A stretch of DNA of 64,000 nt from the NCBI GenBank assembly GCA_965205215.1, contig OZ242041.1:224001-288000 (forward strand), written 5' to 3'. This DNA is from Nitrosopumilus sp. (GTDB taxonomy: Archaea; Thermoproteota; Nitrososphaeria; Nitrososphaerales; Nitrosopumilaceae). The position numbers were made by a program, and so were the translations under genes. Below are positions 38,934 through 47,188 of the stretch, in pieces; within the stretch, counting starts at the first letter, position 1, and each line of letters opens with the position of its first letter. The notes beneath the pieces were generated by a model, which did not search any database, was not told where the DNA came from, and saw nothing but the letters and a program-made list of their open reading frames with translations.

Positions 38934-39701
38934 TCACGAGGCTTCATTTCTTATGGGCTGGGGTTTGGTGATGCCGGGGTTGTACTCCATGCATTCGGAG
39001 GGGTCGGTGCACTGGCACATGATCTGCGCCAGTTTCTCGTCAGCGAAGAACTCCTTGGCGGCGCCGTGAAAGAACAGTGTGCGGTTAAGGCATGCCACAT
39101 GGCTTGACATCATTTTTATGGCGTCAAGGTCGTGCGACGACCACGCGATGGTTATTCCGTGGTTTAAGTTGAGATCCTTCAGTATTCCATAAAACAGGCT
39201 CATGCTGGCCTGGTCTATGCCCGCGACGGGCTCGTCTAGGATGAGCATCTTGGGATCGTTTACCAGGGCCTTTGCAATAAAGACGCGCTGCTGCTGCCCC
39301 CCGGAGAGCTCCCCAATCCGCCGATCCGCAAGCTCATGTATCCACAACTCGCGCATTACCTCGTCTATGCGCTCCTCCTGGACTCCGTGCCACATTCCCA
39401 GCTGTATCACCTCCCGGACCGTAACGGGAAAGTTTCGCTCAAAGTGCATCATCTGCGGCACATACCCGATCTTTTTTAGCGGACCTTTGGATCTGTGTAT
39501 GTTCTGCCCGAATACCCGTATCGCGCCGGTATACTGTGTGTTGAGCCCAAGCATGCATGCAAAGAGCGTGGACTTGCCCGCTCCGTTGGGCCCTATTATG
39601 CCAAGAAACTCGCCCTGATCCACGTCAAATGACACGTTCTCGAGGGCCTGCACTCCGGCATAGCTCACGCTCAGGTTGGAAACCTCTACTGGTCTTGGCA
39701 T
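38934..39701 (-). CDS. ZnuC-like metal ABC transporter ATPase
   Basis: GPNGAGKS, IGYVPQ, LSGGQQQRVFIA, LILDEP, SHDL. Confidence 0.95.
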   Translation of the reverse strand: MPRPVEVSNLSVSYAGVQALENVSFDVDQGEFLGIIGPNGAGKSTLFACMLGLNTQYTGAIRVFGQNIHRSKGPLKKIGYVPQMMHFERNFPVTVREVIQLGMWHGVQEERIDEVMRELWIHELADRRIGELSGGQQQRVFIAKALVNDPKMLILDEPVAGIDQASMSLFYGILKDLNLNHGITIAWSSHDLDAIKMMSSHVACLNRTLFFHGAAKEFFADEKLAQIMCQCTDPSECMEYNPGITKPQPIRNEAS

Positions 39702-41200
39702 AATGCCACCTGAAGGTTCTCAAGGTTTTGGTACATTTTGGATATGTATGTCTCGCCGGGCTCTCCAATCTCAAGCGGTGACAGGATCATAACGCGCCCG
39801 CCTATCTCGTCTGCAACAATCTGTGCGGTCCTGGGATCGACTGCCTCTTCGGTGAATATGACATCGATGCCCTGCGCCCTAGCGGTCTCAATCACATCCC
39901 TGAGTGTTCCCGGGGCGACATCACTGTGCGGGGTTGCCGACTTTAGTATGGTGTGCTGGACCAAGTCATATTCCAATGTAAAGTAGGTAAACGCCTGGTG
40001 GAACGCTACAAATTCACGTGAGCACGATTCCAGCCCGGTTCTGATGTCAGAGTCCAGCTGCTGCAGCTCTGCGATGTACCTGTCGGCGTTTTCCTGATAG
40101 TAGTCGGCGTTCTCGGGATCGGCCTCTGAAAGCCCGTCGGCGATATTCTGTACCTGTATCTGGACAAGAACCGGGTTCAGCCATATGTGTGGGTCGCCGA
40201 GCAGCTCATCTTCGTGGTGGTCGTCATCGTCGCCGTGGTCGTCCTCCTTGGCCTCCATGCCGTGGTCGTCATCGTCCATGGCCTCCATGCCGTGGTCGTC
40301 ATCGTCCATGGCCTCCATGCCGTGGTCGTCATCGTCCATGGCCTCCATGCCGTGGTCGTCATCGTCCATGGCCTCCATGCCGTGGTCGTCATCGTCCATG
40401 GCCTCCATGCCGTGGTCGTCATCGTCCATGGCCTCCATGCCGTGGTCGTCATCGTCCATGGCCTCCATGCCGTGGTCGTCATCGTCCATGGCCTCCATGC
40501 CGTGGTCGTCATCGTCCATGGCCTCCATGCCGTGGTCGTCATCGTCCATGGCCTCCATGCCGTGGTCGTCATCGTCCATGGCCTCCATGCCGTGGTCGTC
40601 ATCGTCCATGGCCTCCATGCCGTGGTCGTCATCGTCCATGGCCTCCATGCCGTGGTCGTCATCGTCCATGGCCTCCATGCCGTGGTCGTCATCGTCCATG
40701 GCCTCCATGCCGTGGTCGTCATCGTCATCATCGTGGTCGTCCTTGGCCTCCATGCCGTGGTCGTCATCATCTTCATCTCCGTGGGCATGTGCACCCTCCA
40801 CCGCTTCCATCAACTCTATTCCTTTACTGGTATCAACCAAGACGCCCTCAAATCCGACGTCGTGCAGGCTCTCCACCCACGTCTCAAACCCGCCTCCGTT
40901 AATCACGACAACGTCTGCGCTCCTCATGTCCTGGACATCCCTGACGGTGGGCTCCCAGTCATGAGGTTCGGCGCCCGGTGGCAGAACCAGCGCCGACTCG
41001 ATCCTGTCCCCGCCCACATTACTCACAAACTGCTCAATTGGATAAAACGATGATAATACGAATATCTTTGGCTCCTCTGCCGGAGTCACGTCTTGCACAT
41101 CTGCCGGTTCCGGCTCTATAGTGGTGCTGTATACGGCAAATATGGCAAGTGGAATTATCACTGCGATCGCGATACCCGCGTAGACCGCCTTGGACACCAT
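39686..41200 (-). CDS. ZnuA-like substrate-binding protein, paralog 2, with a very long His/Asp/Met loop
   Basis: EPHDWEP, DPHIWLNP, AFHQAF, SPLE. Confidence 0.95.
   Translation of the reverse strand: MVSKAVYAGIAIAVIIPLAIFAVYSTTIEPEPADVQDVTPAEEPKIFVLSSFYPIEQFVSNVGGDRIESALVLPPGAEPHDWEPTVRDVQDMRSADVVVINGGGFETWVESLHDVGFEGVLVDTSKGIELMEAVEGAHAHGDEDDDDHGMEAKDDHDDDDDDHGMEAMDDDDHGMEAMDDDDHGMEAMDDDDHGMEAMDDDDHGMEAMDDDDHGMEAMDDDDHGMEAMDDDDHGMEAMDDDDHGMEAMDDDDHGMEAMDDDDHGMEAMDDDDHGMEAMDDDDHGMEAMDDDDHGMEAMDDDDHGMEAMDDDDHGMEAKEDDHGDDDDHHEDELLGDPHIWLNPVLVQIQVQNIADGLSEADPENADYYQENADRYIAELQQLDSDIRTGLESCSREFVAFHQAFTYFTLEYDLVQHTILKSATPHSDVAPGTLRDVIETARAQGIDVIFTEEAVDPRTAQIVADEIGGRVMILSPLEIGEPGETYISKMYQNLENLQVALCQDQ
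40261..40710. repeat. 30-bp tandem repeat, 15 exact copies (DDDDHGMEAM)
   Basis: CGTGGTCGTCATCGTCCATGGCCTCCATGC units. Confidence 0.97.
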
Positions 41201-41214
41201 ATATAATGGGCATG

Positions 41215-41263
41215 GGTAGTTATTAATAAGTTTTTAACTTAATAATAAATAGTAAAAACTTAT
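41215..41263. promoter_or_regulatory. Back-to-back promoters of znuA2 and the NikR-like gene; inverted repeat ATAAGTTTTT-N18-AAAAACTTAT
   Basis: Arms at 41226-41235 and 41254-41263 in an AT island. Confidence 0.7.
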
Positions 41264-41288
41264 AAGATTAATGTTAATAACGTGACGT

Positions 41289-41672
41289 ATGTCGATCATC
41301 TCGATCTCCCTGAACGATCAGATCCTCTCTGAGATTGACGCGTACAGGAAGGCGCTGGGCTTTTCCGGACGCTCGGAGATAATCAGGGCGGGGATCAGGT
41401 CATTCATCTCCGAGGAGAAGCAAAAGGCCGAGATGAGTGGCGACATAAACTCGATACTGCTCGTGCTGCACGATGACGACTTTGACAATGTCGCGTCGGA
41501 CCTCAGCAAGGACTATGAGGACATGATAAGGACCCGCATGCACAGCAAGATAGACGGCAAAAAGTGCATGGAGCTCTTCGTGCTGAGGGGCAACGCAAAG
41601 CTGATCACCGAGATGACGGCCAAGTACACCACGAACAGGTACATGGACACGGTGAAGATAGTCGCGTTCTGA
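41289..41672 (+). CDS. NikR-like ribbon-helix-helix metalloregulator
   Basis: IISISL...GFSGRSEIIR.GIR (RHH) plus ACT-like H....CMELFVL.G. Confidence 0.9.
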   Translation: MSIISISLNDQILSEIDAYRKALGFSGRSEIIRAGIRSFISEEKQKAEMSGDINSILLVLHDDDFDNVASDLSKDYEDMIRTRMHSKIDGKKCMELFVLRGNAKLITEMTAKYTTNRYMDTVKIVAF

Positions 41673-41703
41673 AGGGGCCGGCGGCCGATACGGGAGGCGG
41701 CGG

Positions 41704-43356
41704 TTACGCGGCAGGCAGCGGTGCCGGTTCCGTGCGTTTCGCGCGCCCGTTGTGCCTTGACGCGGCATACATCGAGACGACAGTGGCGCCGGCTGCTGCG
41801 AGCATCGCTGCCGCGACCGTCCCAAACTCGGGCACCACCAGAATGCCAAACTCGGTCTCCTGCCCGGTGCCGCGTATATCCTCGAACTTTATCGTGGTGG
41901 GCCCCGTCTGGTCCTCAGCAAAGGTGAACTTTACAAACTGCCCCCCGATTCGCGCCTGGCCCGACGTGCGGTGTATCTCGTCTTCGCCCTGCTCTATTAC
42001 AAACGTGTAATCCGAGTTCCGGAGCGGCTCGCCGGTCTGCCCGTCGCGTATGGTAAACACGAACGTGGTCTCCTCTCCGGGAAGTATCTCAGGCGGATCC
42101 CACGACAGGTTGATGAGAAACTCCTCGCTTATCGTATATGCAACCAGCGGGAACTCCAGTTCCTCGGCCATGGCGAGCGTGAACGTGATGCTGTCCGGGA
42201 ACGGCTCGCCGGTCTTCTTCATCTCGTTCTTGATGAACCTCGTGTGATCCTGAAGGAGGACAAAGTGCACTATCCTCTCGTCCTCCAGCGTGTAGTCGTC
42301 CGTGATGACCGACGCCCTGAATAGCTTTACGCCGTTGGCGTATCCCTCGTAGCCCGGCGAGTGGAACTCTAGAAAGTCCTTTGGGAAGTGCGTCTCCACG
42401 TGAACCACCGGTATGTGCGACATCCGGGCCTCGCTCCAGTCAAACGGCATTACGATGGTTATGAGGCCCGATTCGGCGTCGTACTCGAGGCTCTCGATCT
42501 GATCAAAGTAGGATTTTGTGCCGAATGCGACCGGGCTTCCGTCAGAGCCGGTTCCAGCATGGGTTGCAGACTCGATGATGCTCAGATCGGCATAATACGT
42601 GTCGGGCTCTGTAATTACGTCCCCCCCTATGGCATGGACTGCGACATCAAAGGTGTAGAGTCCGCCGTGGCCAAAGGCAGATCCGTCTATCCTGACCGGG
42701 TTGTCGCCGGCGGGACGCCATGCGTCAGGAAGGAGCCCGCCGCCGCCCCGCTCCCCGACTATGACCGGGTTGTCGCCGCGGGCGGCCTCCACGTCAAGCG
42801 CAAGCACGCCATCAGGCGCAAGAAAGTAGTCCCGGAATACCGTCTGGCCGCCGTGCGACGCGCCAAGCTGGTATATGATGTCCCCGGCAGGCTGGCGTGT
42901 CGTGGCGTCCGTGGCAGTGATGGTGATTCGTTCCGTGGCCGAATTGTCCGCAAGCTCCTGTGGCATCTCGACATGTATCACGATCTTTTGGTCCCCGGCC
43001 ACGACTGACGGTATGCGGTCAAGCCCCAGTCCGTGCCCGTATGCCGGGGGCAGCATCATGCCTCCCAGCACCGACCCGGGGGCGGCCGGCGCGCCATCGT
43101 GTGGCGAGAGCGGCACGTCTGGAAGGGGCTGCGGTGCGGCTACCGCGAACAGTGCGGCTACCACGACCGCCATCACTACCACTGCAGGCGTCGGCGGCAT
43201 CCGGCCGGCTCCCAGACGCCGCATGGCGCCCTTGCCATGCCTGTCGCGCCCGATGCGGCCGCGCGCAATCATGCGGGGGCCGCCGGCTGCGGGGGCCGCC
43301 GCGGCGGGTGCCGAACCGTGCCATACGCGCAAAACGCCGTCATGCCCACAAACCAA
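41704..43356 (-). CDS. Exported protein with predicted His1, SYFD-HVE-VHF domain and PEFG-CTERM tail
   Basis: AYG|HGLGLDR; VVPEFGTVAAAML + TM + basic tail; start uncertain. Confidence 0.87.
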   Translation of the reverse strand: MVCGHDGVLRVWHGSAPAAAAPAAGGPRMIARGRIGRDRHGKGAMRRLGAGRMPPTPAVVVMAVVVAALFAVAAPQPLPDVPLSPHDGAPAAPGSVLGGMMLPPAYGHGLGLDRIPSVVAGDQKIVIHVEMPQELADNSATERITITATDATTRQPAGDIIYQLGASHGGQTVFRDYFLAPDGVLALDVEAARGDNPVIVGERGGGGLLPDAWRPAGDNPVRIDGSAFGHGGLYTFDVAVHAIGGDVITEPDTYYADLSIIESATHAGTGSDGSPVAFGTKSYFDQIESLEYDAESGLITIVMPFDWSEARMSHIPVVHVETHFPKDFLEFHSPGYEGYANGVKLFRASVITDDYTLEDERIVHFVLLQDHTRFIKNEMKKTGEPFPDSITFTLAMAEELEFPLVAYTISEEFLINLSWDPPEILPGEETTFVFTIRDGQTGEPLRNSDYTFVIEQGEDEIHRTSGQARIGGQFVKFTFAEDQTGPTTIKFEDIRGTGQETEFGILVVPEFGTVAAAMLAAAGATVVSMYAASRHNGRAKRTEPAPLPAA

Positions 43357-43476
43357 ACCTTCTCGCCCTTGTGCTGTATTCTGAGGTATAACTAGTTAAT
43401 TTTCCAGCGCGCGGCTTGCCGCACACGCCGGCCGCGCGAGCCCTTGCGGGCAAGCCAGACCGCCGCCATAGGGGGC

Positions 43477-44196
43477 CTAGGCGGACAAGCCGCGCCTCAT
43501 CAGGCGCTCGGCCCTTCCCAGAAGGTCGCCGGCCGATTCGGCCTCCAGCAGATCTTGGAGATCTATAGGGCCCGTGGACGCGAGCGCGCACAAGCTGTAC
43601 ACGTACTCCGCGGTGGGGGTGTCCGTGGCGAGGTAAAAGCGCCTCAGCATCTCGTCAAGCGCGCCGGGCGTGACGTCGTCGGACGTCGCCTGGTGTTTTA
43701 TGTTCTTCTTCCACAAAAAGACCAGGTTCTCCCACGAGTCAAGCGGGATGCTGCCGTCGATCTCAGGCAGCATCGTAACCTTGGCGCGGATGTACATCTT
43801 GCCGCCCGAGCCCATCTTGTCGTTCATCTCGGATACGATCTCGTGTCCTTCTGCAGACAGCGGGTCATAGTCCCGGGGCTGCGGTATGGACGGTTCTATA
43901 ATCTCGTTTATGCGAAACGGGTTACGTCCGACGGTCTCTATCTGCAGCTGCAGCCCGTCAAGCCCGACGTCCTTGCACCTTATGATCTTGGCGATGGTCC
44001 CGACCGAATGCGGCATGCTCCATCCAAGCACGGATCCGCCGTCCCTTACCAGACACGCCCCGAACTGCCCGTCCCCCAGCATGCAGTCATCCACAAGCTG
44101 CTTGTACCGCGGCTCAAAGACGCGCAGCGGAAGCTCCTGCCGGGGGAAGAGCACCAGATCAAGCGGGAATATCGGGATAATCTTTTCTGTTGGCAC
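43477..44196 (-). CDS. Stand-alone LON peptidase substrate-binding domain protein
   Basis: IPIFPL.LVLFP...LPLRVFEPRY..LV.DC; VGTIAKI; G..PFRI. Confidence 0.88.
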   Translation of the reverse strand: MPTEKIIPIFPLDLVLFPRQELPLRVFEPRYKQLVDDCMLGDGQFGACLVRDGGSVLGWSMPHSVGTIAKIIRCKDVGLDGLQLQIETVGRNPFRINEIIEPSIPQPRDYDPLSAEGHEIVSEMNDKMGSGGKMYIRAKVTMLPEIDGSIPLDSWENLVFLWKKNIKHQATSDDVTPGALDEMLRRFYLATDTPTAEYVYSLCALASTGPIDLQDLLEAESAGDLLGRAERLMRRGLSA

Positions 44197-44377
44197 GCCA
44201 AGGATACGGCGCCAGTTCAGGCGTATATATCAAGCAGCCGGGGCGATGCCAAGATTCATTGCGGTGGGGCGGGGGGGGAGAAGACAGTCCACGGCCCTGA
44301 TGACGGCAGCGGCGACGAGGGACTAGAGCGGGGTCGGGACACAGGGGCAGATCATACGATAACCGGCACGGCGCCGC

Positions 44378-45325
44378 TCAGACGCCCTTCTCGTTCAGCA
44401 TGACGGCCAGCAGCGCCGCGCGCGTGTGCATTCCGTACTCGGCCTGCCTAAAGTATTTTGCATTGTCAGTCGCGTCCACGTCCGGCGATATCTCGTCGAC
44501 GCGCGGCAGCGGGTGCATTATTATCGCGTCCCTCTTCATCTGGCGCAGCATGTCAAGCCCCACCACGTAGCTCCCCTTTACCTTGAGGTACTCCTCGGCG
44601 TCCGGGAACCTCTCCTTTTGTATTCGGGTGACATACAGCACGTCAAGCTCCTCTATGTGGTCCGATATGTCCGAGGATTCCACAAACTCGAGCCTCTTTC
44701 TGATCTCGTAGGTGGAGTCAGACCTGATCTTGAGGGGTTCTGGCGAGATCAGCCGCACGTCCACGTCATAGTTCCCGAGGCCGTACAGCAGCGAGTATAC
44801 GGTGCGGCCGTACTTTAGGTCCCCGATTATCCCTATCTTCAGCCCGTCTATCTTCCTCTTCTCCTGCCTGATGGTGAAGAGGTCCTGGATTGCCTGGGTC
44901 GGGTGCTCCTCTGTGCCGCTTCCCGCGTTGATGACGGGCTTTGAGGACACCTCTGATGCAAACCGGCTGGAGCCGTCCAGCTTGTGCCGCAGCACTAACA
45001 CGTCAGAATAGATCGACATCATGCGCACCGTGTCTGCAAGGCTCTCGCCCTTGTGCGCGGACGACGAGGAGACGTCCGATATGCCAAGCGAGCTGCCGCC
45101 CACGGAGGCCATCGCCGCGTCAAAGCTCAGCCTCGTCCTCGTGCTCGGCTCGTAAAAGAGGTATCCCAGGGTGGAGCCGGCGCAGAGCGTCCTGCGCTGC
45201 TCTGGCGTCATGCCCATGACGCGCTCCGTGGCGGCAAACAGGGTCTCAAACTGCGCGCGGTCGAGATCCTTTACCGATATGACGTCGCGCCGGTAGAACT
45301 CGTTTTCCGAGTCGTGTTTGTCCAC
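44378..45325 (-). CDS. pyrB: Aspartate carbamoyltransferase catalytic subunit (GTG start inferred; ATG 45334 is an alternative)
   Basis: FYEPSTRTRLSF, KGESLADT, INAG.G..EHPTQ, GDLKYGRTV, TRIQKERF, MHPLPR. Confidence 0.97.
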   Translation of the reverse strand: MDKHDSENEFYRRDVISVKDLDRAQFETLFAATERVMGMTPEQRRTLCAGSTLGYLFYEPSTRTRLSFDAAMASVGGSSLGISDVSSSSAHKGESLADTVRMMSIYSDVLVLRHKLDGSSRFASEVSSKPVINAGSGTEEHPTQAIQDLFTIRQEKRKIDGLKIGIIGDLKYGRTVYSLLYGLGNYDVDVRLISPEPLKIRSDSTYEIRKRLEFVESSDISDHIEELDVLYVTRIQKERFPDAEEYLKVKGSYVVGLDMLRQMKRDAIIMHPLPRVDEISPDVDATDNAKYFRQAEYGMHTRAALLAVMLNEKGV

Positions 45326-45362
45326 TTTCAGCATTATATAGAGGTGAGTATAAAATATTTTG

Positions 45363-45824
45363 ATGGAGCAGTCCGAGCTGCTTGTAAGGCGGATAAGGGA
45401 AGGCACCGTGATAGACCACATAGACGAGGGGATGGGCCTCAAGGTGCTTGACGCCCTGCAGATAGACGGCAGCGACGGCAGCCTGATTACCATAGCCCTC
45501 AACGTACCGAGCGGCAAGTTCAAGAAAAAGGACATCATAAAGGTGGAGGGCAGGTTCCTCAAGGACGACGACACCAACAAGCTGGCGGTCATAGCCCCCA
45601 AGGCCACCATCAACATGATAAAGGAGTACAGGCTCGTCGAGAAGCGCCGCGTCTCGCTGCCAAACGAGATCGACCGCATATTCAGGTGCGGCAACCCCGA
45701 CTGCATCACCAACAGCGCAGAAAAGATAGAGTCCGTAATGGACGTGATAGACAGAGAGGGTAGGGTGCTCAGATGCAGGTACTGCTCAAGAACCCTCGAC
45801 GTGGACAGGCTCAGGTACAACTAG
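45363..45824 (+). CDS. pyrI: Aspartate carbamoyltransferase regulatory subunit
   Basis: I.EGTVIDHI, KKDIIKVE, CGNPDCIT, CRYC. Confidence 0.97.
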   Translation: MEQSELLVRRIREGTVIDHIDEGMGLKVLDALQIDGSDGSLITIALNVPSGKFKKKDIIKVEGRFLKDDDTNKLAVIAPKATINMIKEYRLVEKRRVSLPNEIDRIFRCGNPDCITNSAEKIESVMDVIDREGRVLRCRYCSRTLDVDRLRYN

Positions 45825-45919
45825 CAGCCTGGCGGGCGCGCCGCATGCGTCAGGCCGCGCGGCTGGCCGCACAACACTAGAGAGAAAAATTTGTGGATAG
45901 GAAGAAAGTACCGCGAGCC

Positions 45920-46231
45920 TTACTGTCCCAAGATGATGAACATCATGACGATGCCGTATATGGCGATCGACTCTACCATGCCTATAAAGATGAACACCTT
46001 TGACTGTAGTGCCGGGTTCTCACTGATTACAGCAAGTCCCGCCGCTCCCACCTGGCCGAGGCCGATTCCTGCACCAAAGGCCGCAAGACCAAAGGCCAGC
46101 CCGGCTCCGAGGATCTTCATAGAGTCGGAGCCCGTCGATGATGTGTCGCCCTCAGCAGCATATGCAAGGCCGGTCGAGCCGACAACCGATATTGCCGCTA
46201 TTGCAAAAAGTACCAGCGTTATTGGCTTCAT
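45920..46231 (-). CDS. atpK: A/V-type ATP synthase subunit K (c) with N-terminal signal-like segment
   Basis: GAGLAFGLAA.GAGIG..G; ENP; ESIAIYG. Confidence 0.95.
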   Translation of the reverse strand: MKPITLVLFAIAAISVVGSTGLAYAAEGDTSSTGSDSMKILGAGLAFGLAAFGAGIGLGQVGAAGLAVISENPALQSKVFIFIGMVESIAIYGIVMMFIILGQ

Positions 46232-46399
46232 GTTATGTTGTGGCCTCTCGAAAGTCCTTATTTAAATCATGATAACAAGTTGGGGCAAAAACGCGGCGGC
46301 GGCGCCGCGCCGCCACATGCAGGCTGCTTGGCGCGCAGGTGGCGCTGTTTTGCAGGCAGGGTGGGAACAACGCGTGCGCGGACGGGACGGGCGGCAGGC

Positions 46400-46537
46400 T
46401 CAGCTGCTGATGTCCTCGAGGGCCTTCTTCTTGAACGACTCCAGGTCCTTCCTTACAGAGTCCGCAAACTTTTTGCGGTCCTGCTCCACTGATTTCTTGG
46501 AGTCCTTTACGAGATCCCTGATGTCGTCCCTTGGCAT
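46400..46537 (-). CDS. 45-aa charged helical protein in the atp operon, missing from the ORF track
   Basis: MPRDDIRDLVKDSKKSVEQDRKKFADSVRKDLESFKKKALEDISS; ATG follows the atpD stop after a 1-nt gap. Confidence 0.8.
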   Translation of the reverse strand: MPRDDIRDLVKDSKKSVEQDRKKFADSVRKDLESFKKKALEDISS

Positions 46538-46538
46538 G

Positions 46539-47171
46539 CTACTTTCTACTCTCCATGGCCGCCTTGACTTTTTTTAACTTTGCGAACTCTTCGCGTTCGC
46601 GCTCCTCCAGCGTCGCAAGTATGAACCTGATGCGCTGTTGGTACTGGGGTATGATCACGTTCTCGAGGGCGTTGAGCAGCTTTTGGGTCTTCTCGAGCGC
46701 TTTTGCCAGGCTGAATATCGAGTTCTCGTACTCTGCGGCCTTGCATATGCTCGGCAGCAGCTCCTTGATCTGCTTTGCGCCCCTGTCTATAGAGGAGTTG
46801 GTGTCGGCAAACCCGTACGGCATGCCCGCGTCGTCCTTTTCCGTGACCGAGAGCGCCGGTATCTTTACGTCCACCACGCGGCGCACCGACACGTCGACCT
46901 GCATTATGGGCGGGGTGGACTCTGCAACCGTGTCGACCGTGGACGTCCCGAGGGCCAGGTACGCCTCGTTGACTGACCTGTAGATGTCTTGGAGCGGATC
47001 CCATATGCCGCCGCGCGCCTTGGAGGCCTCGTCTATCATCTCCTCTATGTTCTTGAGCAGCACCTTGCGCTTGTCATCGAGTATCTTCTGGACCATGGTG
47101 GCAACCTGGCTTGAGCGCTTGTACTTTAGGAGCTCGATCTTGGTTGCAGCGACGTTCTGGCCAAAGGACAC
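46539..47171 (-). CDS. atpD: A/V-type ATP synthase subunit D (GTG start inferred)
   Basis: ATKIEL...L.DKR..L; KT..LLNALE.VIIP; LEEREREEF.KLKK.K. Confidence 0.95.
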   Translation of the reverse strand: MSFGQNVAATKIELLKYKRSSQVATMVQKILDDKRKVLLKNIEEMIDEASKARGGIWDPLQDIYRSVNEAYLALGTSTVDTVAESTPPIMQVDVSVRRVVDVKIPALSVTEKDDAGMPYGFADTNSSIDRGAKQIKELLPSICKAAEYENSIFSLAKALEKTQKLLNALENVIIPQYQQRIRFILATLEEREREEFAKLKKVKAAMESRK

Positions 47172-47188
47172 GGGCGCGACACCTCTTC

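Noticed and set aside
38864-38936. znuC and znuB share a frame separated by a single TGA (readthrough or selenocysteine fusion)
   Set aside because: Plausible by chance in GC-rich DNA; no SECIS or other recoding signal seen
17467-40710. 24-, 30- and 51-bp arrays as possible CRISPR arrays
   Set aside because: Units are contiguous with no unique spacers, lie in frame inside genes, and no cas genes are present
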